A stretch of DNA of 64,000 nucleotides from Camelus ferus (Eukaryota), in contig NC_045697.1 in NCBI RefSeq assembly GCF_009834535.1, positions 69,132,001 to 69,196,000 on the forward strand. Direction: 5' to 3'. Under the pieces are notes generated by a model. The model was not told the DNA's origin and did no database searches. It saw nothing but the letters and a program-made list of their open reading frames with translations. This document shows positions 51,643 through 62,105 of the stretch, piece after piece. The position numbers and the translations under genes are program-made. Within the stretch, counting starts at the first letter, position 1. Each line of letters starts with the position of its first letter.

Positions 51643-54600
51643 GAAAGCAGAGATCTCACTACAAATCTTACAGATGTTAGGAGAATATTATGAAAAATTG
51701 ATGCCAATACATTTTAAAGCAAGAAATAGAAAAGCTGAGTAATCTTAAATTGTTTCAGGGAATAGGAAAAGCAAATATGCTCACCAATTTGTTGTATGAG
51801 GCTAATAAAATACCAACAAAGACAACACAAGAATAAAAATTAAAGGTCAGTCTCACCATGAACATAGATCCAAAATTCCCATAAACTTTTAGCAAACAAA
51901 ATCCAATAATATATTTAAAAATTAACTATCATACCAAATTGGATTTATTTTGGAAAAGTAAAGCAGTTCCAAATGCAATGAATATAGTTTATCACATTAA
52001 GACTTAGTAAAAGGAATCATGTAATCTTGTCATATTCAGAAAAAACATTTATTAAGGTTAACCATCCATCATGATTTAAAAACTTTGCAAACCAGCACTG
52101 GAAGAAAATGAAAAGTATACATAACTAGAAGCCTGTAGAAAATGTCATACTCAGTAGTAATACAAAAAGCACTTCCTTATAAGATTTGGACATAAGAAGG
52201 GTCATCCCCATTTTCATTCCTTATTGTATTGTAGGAACTATCTGATGCAGTAAAGTAAAAAAGAAAGATAGACGAGATATAGGAAAGAAATAAATATAAC
52301 TAACATTATTCATAGGTGATATGATTATGGTTAAAAATCCAAAAGAATATAGGTAAGTTTTTTAAAATTAGAACTTGGTTGGGTTGCTAGCCAAAACAAA
52401 TAAAAAATTTACAAACTCAAAGCATTGTATTTTTACATACAATCAAAAAAGTTAAAAAATACATTTTAAAAAATACTTGTTTACCATAGTATAAAAAATG
52501 GAATACTTAAGAATGGACTAATAAGACATGTATAAGATCTCTGGCAGAAAACTGTAGAAAATCATCAAGGGAAATTAAGGTCTAAATAAATTGAAAGCTG
52601 TATCACTTTCATAGATTGGAAATCTCAGTTTTGTAATGATGTTATATCTCACCATACTCATCTGTAGACTCATTGCCGTTCTCACCAAAAGACCAAGAAT
52701 AGCGAAGATATTATGAAAGAGAACAAGATAGCAGAACTGGTTTTACGGCATAACAATAATAAAATTGTATTCTGATAGAAGTGTAGTATTTAAATGACAC
52801 TGTGGTATTGGTTCAAAGATGGACAATAAGGCTAGTGGAACCGGATGGCCCAGAAACAAGTAGGTGTATTAATAAAGATGTTTATTTTATTAGAAAAAAA
52901 AGATGTCACTGCAAAACTGTAGGGAAAGAACAGTCTTTAATAAGCAGTGCGGGGAATGGAAAAAAATACTATTGGACACACATACAAAGTCCCACTTTAT
53001 ACTATATTAAAAATCTCATTTCAGATAGATTATTGACCTAAATGTGAAAGTTAAAACCAGAAAGATTATCTTAAAACATGAGATCATTATGGCCTTGGAG
53101 TACAGAAAGTTTTCTTAAGTCATAGAAAGCTCTAACAATAAAGGGAAAATGGATAATTTGGTTATTTTAAAAGTAAAAACGTCCGTTCCTCAAGGGATAC
53201 CATTAAGAGTGAAAAGCATGACGGTAGGTGAGAAGATACAACACGTGACCATCAGAGGGCTCATGTGTACAATATAGTTTTTAAAAATCCCACAAATCAT
53301 TAAGAAAAATGTAGAAAACCCAGTGGGAAAATGTGCAAATGATTTGAGAAGGCACTTCTCAAATGGCTAATAAGCACATACAAATATGCTTAGCTTATTA
53401 AAAATCAGGGAATGCAAAATAAGACCACAAAAAAATACCACTGTATATTCATCAGAAATTGATAATACCAATTGTTGATGAAGGCGTGGAACAGTGGAAA
53501 CTCTTTAGCTGCCGGTGGGAGTATAAATTGGCACAGTTTGGAGGACAGTACTGAGCTGGAGACAGCCTGTTCCTGTGATCCAACAATTTCACTGTTAGGT
53601 GTGTACCCAGAAACAAGCACATGTGCACCAGGAGCCATTACAAGAACGCTCATAACAGCATTATTTATAATAACGAAAAATTGGAAACAACTCATACCCA
53701 TTTACAGTAAGATAAATAAATCATAGTATATTCATATCATGGAAAAAATAATACAGTTATGAGAAGGGATGAAGACAGCCATAACCCAAGAGTGTAGATG
53801 AATCTTAGAAACGTATTAAAAGGAAAAAGTCAGCACTGAAAAATACATATTATAAGATTCCATTTGTGTAAAATTCAAGAAAAGCTAAAATTACACTGTA
53901 GTTTTTAGGGATGGTTGGTTGATGAAACAGTGAAAGTATGGATGTGATTACCATAAAAGTCAGGGTAGAGATTTGAAAGGGGTGAGGGAGGGATTTGTGA
54001 TAGGAAAAATGAATGTATGAAGGGGCTTCCTTGTTGGCAATGAATTTCTTGATCTAAGTGGCAGTTACATGGTTATTTGCTTAATAATAATTGATTAAGT
54101 GTAATGTATACTTAATGTACTTGTCTGCTTTTGTGGGATTTTTTTCATCATTTAGAAAAGTTTTTAAAATACGTATACATACACAATCATATACACATAT
54201 ATCTATATATGCAAACAGTGGTGATAAAGATAGATGTCCTTTGGCAGAATGGTATAGATAAATGTGTGCTGGGCTGTCTGCCTTGCTAATCCTTTTTAAT
54301 ATGGCAATTTAAGCCTCCCACAAATATGTGTGATTATAGTCCAAGTGTGAGAGGAGAGATCTGTAAACTTTAATTTTGACACATTTAAATTTTCTAAATG
54401 CCTTGGATCTTATTCTTTAGGGAGAAATTTATTTTTCATCTCATTTGGCGATTTGGCCAAATGGGAAATTTTTATTGTGACCTTGAGTCAGTTTTATGCC
54501 AGAGAATGACCTGTAACCTTCCTTGCAGTATTTTATAATAACAGGGTTTTTATTTTTTTATTTCTGTTTTCACCTTCACCACCTTCACTTCTGTTTTATA

Positions 54601-56134
54601 ACTGTGCAGTGGATTGAATGATACCTGTAAAACTTTGTTTCTGAACTATCCTTAGCATATCATCCTTGGTTTTCCTTATATGCAATGGAGAGTGATTCCA
54701 ACATTTAAATTGGGATTTGTATAATTCAAGGTTTTTTGTATTTTTAAGGCTGTTTCATCATGGCTTTCAATTCTAGTCGCCACACATTTCTAGTTCTATC
54801 ATTCTGTAACCAAGGAAACGCCCTACTTTCAGCATGGCAGAGTGCAAGTGTACCTTTTAAAAAAATATTCCAGGTTGAATATTCTGTGTATTCTGAAATA
54901 ATATTCTAAAGAAGATCAGTAGTCCTGGTGATAGAAAAAAAAGCTGAATTTTTACACATTAAAATTGTCCAAAAGAAAAAGTCTCAGGAATGAGATAACA
55001 AGCCTAAATTGTCATTGCTGTAGATGTGTGCATATACAGCTTAGGGAAACCAAAGACTAAAATAAAATCCAGCTTAAAAATAAAATTTAAATTAGAAATA
55101 CATTGGCTACACAGAAATTTTTTAAGGTCAGTTGATCAGCATTTATCTTAAGCAGTATCAAATACACCCAAAACATTTAAGTAGGCCAATTTAGATTAAA
55201 ATACAAAAGTGAATGAGGTAGAATATTTGCTGTAATGGGGGAGACAGATACAGATGTGAATATAAAATCTGCAATGAAGTAAGTTCTATAATGAAAGAAT
55301 ATTTAAGATATTGAAGTGTAAACAATATTGATTTGATAGACGAGTAGAGTTTGCTATGAAGATAATGTTTTTAAATGTAATTGGGGTTTAAATTCTGTCT
55401 TTAAAATTCCTTAGTTATCCATCAGAAAACTTGGAAGTTATTTTTTCTTTCAACATTTATTATGGGAATTTTAAAACCTGTTCAGATGTAGAAAGAATAA
55501 TAGTATAATGAACCACCATGTACCCATCACCAAAGAAAGCTGCAAATTAATGAAAAACTGAAGCCCTTTTTTAAGACATGACTTTTCAGTTTCAGAAAGT
55601 TACAGATTAATTAACTGCCCTTAAAAAAATAACATTCATGCAAATATGAATGTACATACTTGTGATATACTTTGAAATTTACTCAAAGCTCTTTTCAGCA
55701 ACTTTGTATTCAACAAGTTTCTATAACTTTGTAAACTCTGTTAACTGGATATATTTTAACTTTATGTAACAGGTATGTGTGTTTTATTTTAAACAGTTTC
55801 AGATATTTTATATATTGTTTTTTAAACATAAGGGTACTATCTAGAAAAACATCAGAGTGATGTTACTCGCCTTCAGAGCTGAGAATCAGTTTGTTTAGGT
55901 GCTGCCAGACATTGTGAAAGGTGACATAATTTCAAATGGAAAAATGAAGTAAAGCTTTGTGTATTTAAGCTGCAGTGTCAGATATTTCCTTTTGAAACTC
56001 AAATCTTCAAAGGTGTGTTATCTAAATCATGCACTTTCTTGGTGTTTTATAATTCTTCACTATGAATCATTTGTTTATACTAAAACTCCTGTTTCATCTC
56101 AAATTCTGTTTATTTTATTCACCTTATTCTTTAG

Positions 56135-56278
56135 ATGCTATTAAACTGCAGCTAGTTGAAGCAGGCCTGGTAGAATGTCTACTAGAGATTGTTCAGCAGA
56201 AAGTGGATAGTGACAAAGAAGAAGATATTGCTGAGCTCAAAACAGCTTCAGATCTAATGGTTTTATTACTTCTTGGAG
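56135..56278 (+). CDS. RAP1GDS1: RAP1GDS1 exon 8 (144 nt): (D)AIKLQLVEAGLVECLLEIVQQKVDSDKEEDIAELKTASDLMVLLLLG(D)
   Basis: Acceptor ttctttag|ATGCT, donor GGAG|gtgagt; lies within ORF 56062..56289. Confidence 0.97.
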
Positions 56279-56729
56279 GTGAGTTGTAATTTATGCTGAC
56301 CAAAGAACATAGTTGTCAGATTTTTTTTTAATTTATTGTCTCTTTTATAAATACGGTATTAGGCATTTTCTCATTTTACTATGACATTTAATCCCGTTGA
56401 TGTGATGATTTTGAAGTCTTAAACACATCAGGAAGAGAACTAGGGATAATGAACCTGGAAAAGAGTAAATCTTCCAATATTTAAAGAGTTGTCATATAGA
56501 AGAGGACTTTGGCACCAAAGGACTATAAGCTAGCTAGATGGCTACTTGGGGCTTAGACTAAACTCTTTTGTCCAGTCTCTTCTAAAAGTTTATTATAAAA
56601 AGAGTAATTACTTTTCCCTCTATGAATTATAGATTATACAGTATGTAATTTCCCAATTGGATCTTCAGTTAGGAATATGGATGTGTTACCCCTAATGATT
56701 TTCCTTATATCTGTTTCATTTACCTCCAG

Positions 56730-56861
56730 ATGAATCCATGCAGAAATTATTTGAAGGAGGAAAAGGTAATGTGTTTCAAAAGGTACTGTCTTGGATTCCA
56801 TCAAACAACCACCAGCTACAGCTTGCTGGAGCACTGGCAATTGCAAATTTTGCCAGAAATG
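56730..56861 (+). CDS. RAP1GDS1: RAP1GDS1 exon 9 (132 nt): (D)ESMQKLFEGGKGNVFQKVLSWIPSNNHQLQLAGALAIANFARN(D)
   Basis: Acceptor tacctccag|ATGAA, donor AATG|gtaagc; overlaps ORF 56738..56989. Confidence 0.97.
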
Positions 56862-58023
56862 GTAAGCATATCAGTTCAACCTTATTAAATCAGACATTCT
56901 ATATTTTTAATTTTTGCTTTGCTGTAACCTGGAACAGTTCAGAAGTGTACATAGTATTTGCGTGTGCTGCTAGCTTGATTTTTCAGTAATCTGGAGTACT
57001 TTTAGTAACTTTCCACACAAATTACTTACTTAATGCAGTTCAACTAAGTTCTGATAGTTTAAAGGTCATGAACAGTGATCATGAATTCAGGCCTTCTGAG
57101 TGCTCTATCTTCAGAGATTAGTAAACTTGGGTCTCATTCTAACATACATCTGATCTGGGAGGATATGCTCTTTTGCTTGATGATTTTATTTTGGATTTAA
57201 TAATCTGAGTAGTCTTTGTACCGTTACTGTGCCTCAATTTATACTTTTATGCCTACAAAATTTAAGTGTGGGTTATCCTCTGATTTAGGACCACATATTT
57301 ACTTAAATAATATTTCAGAGTCACCAGGCCTCTGTGTATATTTCTTAAGTCTGACACTTCTGCTATTCATTCTAGAAACTTAACACTGTGTCTAGGAAAT
57401 ATGGGTTGTTTTTGGTTTTTATTTGATTTTATTTGAATATGAACTGCTGTTAAAGCATGTTATTCCATTATTCCTTCCTTCCTTTTGGGGACCATCATTA
57501 ACCCCTCAATGATGAAATAAAGACTGGCAAAATATTGATAATTATTGAAGCTAAATGTAAGGTAAATAGTAGTTCATTATAATAATCTCTCTGTTTTATA
57601 AATGTTTAAAAAATTCTGTCTTTAAAAAACAACTTAAATATCAGCCATGATAACAAAACGTAGAGTACTGTCACTGTAACGTTGGCAGAACGCTGGCACA
57701 CTTCACTATAAATGGAAACCGTTGCAGGATGTGTTAAGCATGTGGTTTCTACTTACTTATCTTCTGATATATTATCAGGATCTCAGCTAGAGACGTTTTT
57801 GGCCAATTTTCAGATTTTTAAAAAAATGTTATCTGTATTAAGAATCTTATAATCAGACTTCTTACTCAGTAAACAAACAAAACAAATCTATAAATCTGAC
57901 GGGAGAAAGAGATAGAATTCATTTTATTTCCCTAATGTAGTTAATGGGCAGGCATCCATTTAAAAAAATATATAGAGAGATTTGTAAAGAGGGAAAAAAG
58001 TATTTTTTGTTGTTGTTGTTCAG

Positions 58024-58158
58024 ATGGAAATTGTATCCATATGGTAGACAATGGAATTGTAGAAAAACTTATGGATTTACTGGACAGACATGTAGAAGAT
58101 GGAAACGTAACTGTACAGCATGCAGCACTAAGTGCCCTCAGGAACCTAGCCATTCCAG
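58024..58158 (+). CDS. RAP1GDS1: RAP1GDS1 exon 10 (135 nt): (D)GNCIHMVDNGIVEKLMDLLDRHVEDGNVTVQHAALSALRNLAIP(V)
   Basis: Acceptor gttgttcag|ATGGA, donor CCAG|gtaaga; contains the ARM helix-3 motif ALRNL. Confidence 0.97.
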
Positions 58159-58266
58159 GTAAGAGTTAAGAATGGGAGGCAGCTATGTAAGAAAAAAATC
58201 TGTTGTTCTGGGAAGTTATTTACTTTATGTTTGTGGACCTGCCCTGAACAAGAAAAGAAGAATCAG

Positions 58267-58308
58267 ATGGAGATCTTTTGTTAAATAATGGAGATCTTTT
58301 GTTAAATA
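58267..58308. repeat. Perfect 21-bp tandem duplication
   Basis: atggagatcttttgttaaata twice. Confidence 0.95.
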
Positions 58309-59131
58309 AATTTTCTGAGACTATACAGGCATAATCTTTGTTCAGATCATTCAAATATTTTATTACCTTTTGTGAATGCCTAGATTTTCATCATATTGTA
58401 TATTTAAGCTTTTTTAAGCATCTTCAGTTGAGGTAGGATAATGGTATCAGTTAACACAGTCCCCTAAAGAATGACTTTTAAAGATTTTTTTCCCCCCACC
58501 AGCAGACGTACACTGTTTTAAAATAGCCCCAATGTGTCCTTTTGGATTACAAGGCTTTTCAATCATATCATCATGGGGAATAACACAGGATATAGTTAAA
58601 ACTATTCATTGTTCTACTTTCTAAAGATAAATTTCTGATTAGGTGAAATAGTGTATACTATATGAAAATGAAATCTATAGGAAATCAGTTTGGTTCATGT
58701 AGCAGATTAGTATTATTTATTAACATCTATAGTATCTGTTAACACAGTTGGGTCAAGGACAGAGGTAAAAAAAGTTTATTTAAGTTGAGGAATTGTGCTT
58801 TTTGTAAATAAGAAGGCAACATTGTCAGATTTCCTTACTTGTTTTATGATTAGATTTAAAAGCCAGTAAGTGTAATTTTGTATGTAGTGCTCCTGTAGAC
58901 AAACAGGATACTTACCTCTGGTCCTCCCACCCCAATCCCATTCTTAAAATTTACAGAAAAGTAACAAGATTGGTTTTTAAATAGAAAAATACAACATTAG
59001 GCCTTGATGATAATAAGACATTCAGTAAATGTGTATTAAATTGAATGATTATATCAATATAATTATATATTATATCAATTGTATTAGAATGCTAATACCA
59101 TTTTAACCACAGTCTTTCTCTCTCTCTCCAG

Positions 59132-59257
59132 TTGTAAATAAAGCAAAGATGTTATCAGCTGGAGTCACAGAGGCAGTTTTGAAATTCCTTAAATCTGAAA
59201 TGCCGCCGGTTCAGTTCAAACTTCTAGGAACACTGAGAATGTTAATAGATGCACAAG
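59132..59257 (+). CDS. RAP1GDS1: RAP1GDS1 exon 11 (126 nt): (V)VNKAKMLSAGVTEAVLKFLKSEMPPVQFKLLGTLRMLIDAQ(A/E)
   Basis: Acceptor ctctctccag|TTGTA, donor CAAG|gtaaat. Confidence 0.97.
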
Positions 59258-59372
59258 GTAAATGAAATGCTTTCCCAAGGTGCATTTTCGGTATAATAGT
59301 TTTAATGTGCCTCTAGTTGAAAAAGGATTTGTTTTTAGCTTTCAGAATTATGTAATCATAAAGCTAAGTAGC

Positions 59373-59490
59373 TGGGGTTCAGGTATAGCTCAGTGGTAGA
59401 GTGCATGCTTAATATGCATGAGGTCCTGGGTTCAGTCCCCGGTACCTCCATTTAATTAACTAATTAATTAAACCTAATTACCCCTCCCCC
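59373..59490 (+). mobile_element. tRNA-derived SINE (camelid Vic-1-like)
   Basis: Pol III A box (tagctcagtggtagag), B-box-like gggttcagtccc, then an AT-rich linker and aaacctaattacccctccccc. TSD aag[c/g]taagtagc at 59361-59372 and 60918-60929. Confidence 0.88.
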
Positions 59491-59501
59491 AATTTTTTAA
59501 A

Positions 59502-60900
59502 CATTTTTTTATTGAGTTATAGTCATTTTAAAATGTGTCAAATTCCAGTGGAGAGCACAATTTTTCAGTTATACATGAACATACATATATTCATTGTCAC
59601 ATTTTTTTTTGTGCTGTGAGCTACTACAAGATCTTATATATATGTCCCTGTGCTATACAGTATAATCTTGTTTATCTATTCTGCATATGCCTGTCAGTAT
59701 CTACAAGTTCTAAAATCCCAGTCTGTCCCTTCCCACCCCCTGCTCCCTTGGCAACCACAAGTTTGTATTCTATGTCTATGAGTCTGTTTCTGTTTTGTAT
59801 TTATGTTCTTTTTTTTTTTCTTTTCTTTTTAGATTCCACATATGAGCGATCTCATATGGTATTTTTCTTTCTCTTTCTGGCTTACTTCACTTAGAATTAC
59901 ATTCTCCAGGGACATCCATGTTGCTGCAAATGGCGTTATGTTGTTATCTTTATGGCTGAATAGTATTCCATAGTATAAATATACCACATCTTCTTTATCC
60001 AGTTGTCTGTTGATGGACATTTAGGCTGTTTCCATGTTTTGGCTATTGTAAATAGTGCTGCTATGAACATTGGAGTGCAGGTGTCTTTTTGAAGTAGGGT
60101 TCCTTCTGGATATATGCCCAGGAGCGGGATTACTGGGTTATATGGTAAGTCTATTCCTAGTCTTTTGAGGAATCTCCATACTGTTTTCCACAGTGGCTGC
60201 ACCAAACTGCATTCCCACCAGCTGTGTAGGAGGGTTCCCTTTTCTCCACAGCCTCTTCAGCATTTGTCATTTGTGGACTTTAGAGTGATGGCCATTTTGC
60301 CTGGTGTGAGGTGATACCTCATTATAGTTTTGATTTGCATTTCTCTGATAATTAGTGATAATGAGCATTTTTTTCATGTGCCTACTGATCATTTATATGT
60401 CTTCCTTGGAGAATTGCTTGTTTAGGTCTTCTGCCCATTTTTGGATTGGATTGTTTGTTTTTTTTATTATGTTGTATGAGCTGCTTATATGTTCTGGAGA
60501 TCAAGCCTTTATCGGTTTCATCATTTGCAAAAATTTTCTCCCATTCCATAGGTTGTCATTTTGTTTTACTTATGGTTTCCTTTGCTGTGCAGAAGCTTGT
60601 AAGTTTAATTAGGTCCCACTTGTTTATTCTTGCTTTTGTTTCTATTGCTTGGGTAGACTGTCCTAGGAGAACATTTTTGAGATGTATGTCAGATAATGTT
60701 TTGCCTATATTTTCCCCTAGGAGGTTTATTGTATCTTGTCTTATGTTTAAGGCTTTGATCCATTTTGAGTTTATTTTTGTGTATGGTGTAAGGGAGTGTT
60801 CTAGCTTCATTGATTTACATGCTGCTGTCCAGTTTTCCCAACACCATTTACTAAAGAGACTGTCTTTATTCCATTGTATATTCTTGCCTCCTTTGTCGAA
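59502..60900 (-). mobile_element. Young 5'-truncated L1 (~1.4 kb; ORF2 C-terminus and 3' UTR), antisense, inserted in the SINE tail
   Basis: ORFs 60556..60942 ([24 protein letters not shown]), 59936..60205 ([19 protein letters not shown]) and 59829..60020 (TWMSLENVILSEVSQ) are L1 ORF2 pieces broken by frameshifts or stops. Confidence 0.95.
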
Positions 60901-61575
60901 TGTTTTTTTAAAAAAAGAAGGTAAGTAGCAAATAAAAGGCAATAGGGATTGGTTTTGGAACCCAGTTCATTAATTTCCATACTTGTTATAATTGACTTTA
61001 AATGGAAATTATATTGCATCTCTCTTTATCAGTATATATAATTTGGTTTTAGGTTGATTTATTAGCAGTTCTTGAGGGGCTTTTATGTTTTAGCATTTTT
61101 TCCATACCCATTTTCAGCCTGTCTTCAAAATTATCAAGTTTCATTCAATACAGTGATAGTCAAAATTGTGTAAAATTTGTTTTGCAAACAGGGAGATCAT
61201 TTTTTCTGTTTACAGCAACAGTAATGAAAATCACTCCTTGGAAATTAGTTTTATTTATTTACTTCTTTCTGAATTCTAAACCTTTCTCTTTATTGATTCC
61301 TTAGAGTCCTTATAAAAACTCTTCATTATAGTTTGCCAGAGTACTAATGGACTGCCAGGCAGAACCAAACAAGTACAAAGTTGTTTGTTTTTGTATTTTG
61401 TATGAAAGTCCACAGCTTGATAGAAAAAGCCCAATAGTTCATCAGAAACAGAATATTTGCAGTTCTCGCTTTAATAAAATTGTTATGTTTTTTAGACATG
61501 TAATTTTCCACCAGTTATTTCAGTTGATCGCCTAGCAGTGATTCATTCCTTTGTGGTTTGCCTTCTTTTCTATAG

Positions 61576-61715
61576 CAGAAGCTGCTGAACAACTGGGAAA
61601 GAATGTTAAATTAGTGGAGCGTTTGGTGGAATGGTGTGAAGCCAAAGATCATGCTGGTGTGATGGGGGAGTCAAACAGACTGCTCTCTGCCCTCATACGA
61701 CACAGTAAATCAAAA
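61576..61715 (+). CDS. RAP1GDS1: RAP1GDS1 exon 12 (140 nt, phase 1-0; alternative start 61579 via NAGNAG): (A)EAAEQLGKNVKLVERLVEWCEAKDHAGVMGESNRLLSALIRHSKSK
   Basis: Acceptor ttctatag|CAG|AA, donor CAAAA|gtaagt; lies within ORF 61551..61796. Confidence 0.96.
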
Positions 61716-61899
61716 GTAAGTCCTAGAGGAAACCGTTCACCATCAAACATTGCAGTGGCCTTTTCGGAAACCCAGTATCATAGACCTGTATCATAAGCTT
61801 GCCTTTTTTATGTATTCATGTGTAAATACATTAATCCACAATTCTGAAAAAAATAATTGAAGATTGAACTTTTTAAAATTTAGTTCTACTCCATAATAG

Positions 61900-62105
61900 A
61901 TAAGAGGAACGCTTTGGAATCAAAGCAGAGATGAGTTCAGATTATATCTCTGCAATTTACTTGGTCAAGTGTATTCACTTCTCAGTATCTTCACCTATAA
62001 AAATTGGGATGACACCCACATGAAAGTGCTGTGAGGATGATTCGATGAGATCACATAGACAGAGCGCTCAGCTGCCGCCGGACACAGTGAGCACTCAGTC
62101 AGTGG
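61900..62105 (+). mobile_element. MIR SINE
   Basis: gctttggaatcaaagcagagatgagttcag...ttggtcaagt...cacctataaaaattgggatga...gctgtgaggat...cacagtgagcactcagt. Confidence 0.75.

Larger units (their letters stand above)
48560..54170 (+). mobile_element. Long (~5.6 kb) decayed L1M element, sense orientation (ORF1, ORF2 and 3' end remnants)
   Basis: ORF1-like (gacagctgatttctcaacagcaacagtggaagccag), endonuclease-like (tcagataaagtagacttta; atgggtgattttaatac) and ORF2 C-terminal remnants (ORF 53472..53726: DPTISLLGVYP..ALFIITKNWKQ). No intact ORF. Confidence 0.85.

Noticed and set aside
48560..54170. Active or domesticated L1
   Set aside because: It is riddled with stops and indels and has no long ORF1 or ORF2 frame.
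57640..57770. Possible box C/D snoRNA (ATGATAA...CTGA) in intron 9
   Set aside because: Box C is imperfect, the only terminal complementarity (atatcag/ctgatat) consumes box D itself, and I recognise no rRNA guide. An Rfam/Infernal scan would settle it.
59373..59450. Possible tRNA gene
   Set aside because: A and B boxes are present, but it continues into a SINE body with a tail and TSDs, and a second decayed copy exists at 9060. It is a tRNA-derived SINE.
9060..59490. Oppositely oriented SINE pair as a driver of exon 5-11 circularization
   Set aside because: Only ~80 bp long, one copy is rearranged, and they are 50 kb apart, so stable pairing is unlikely.
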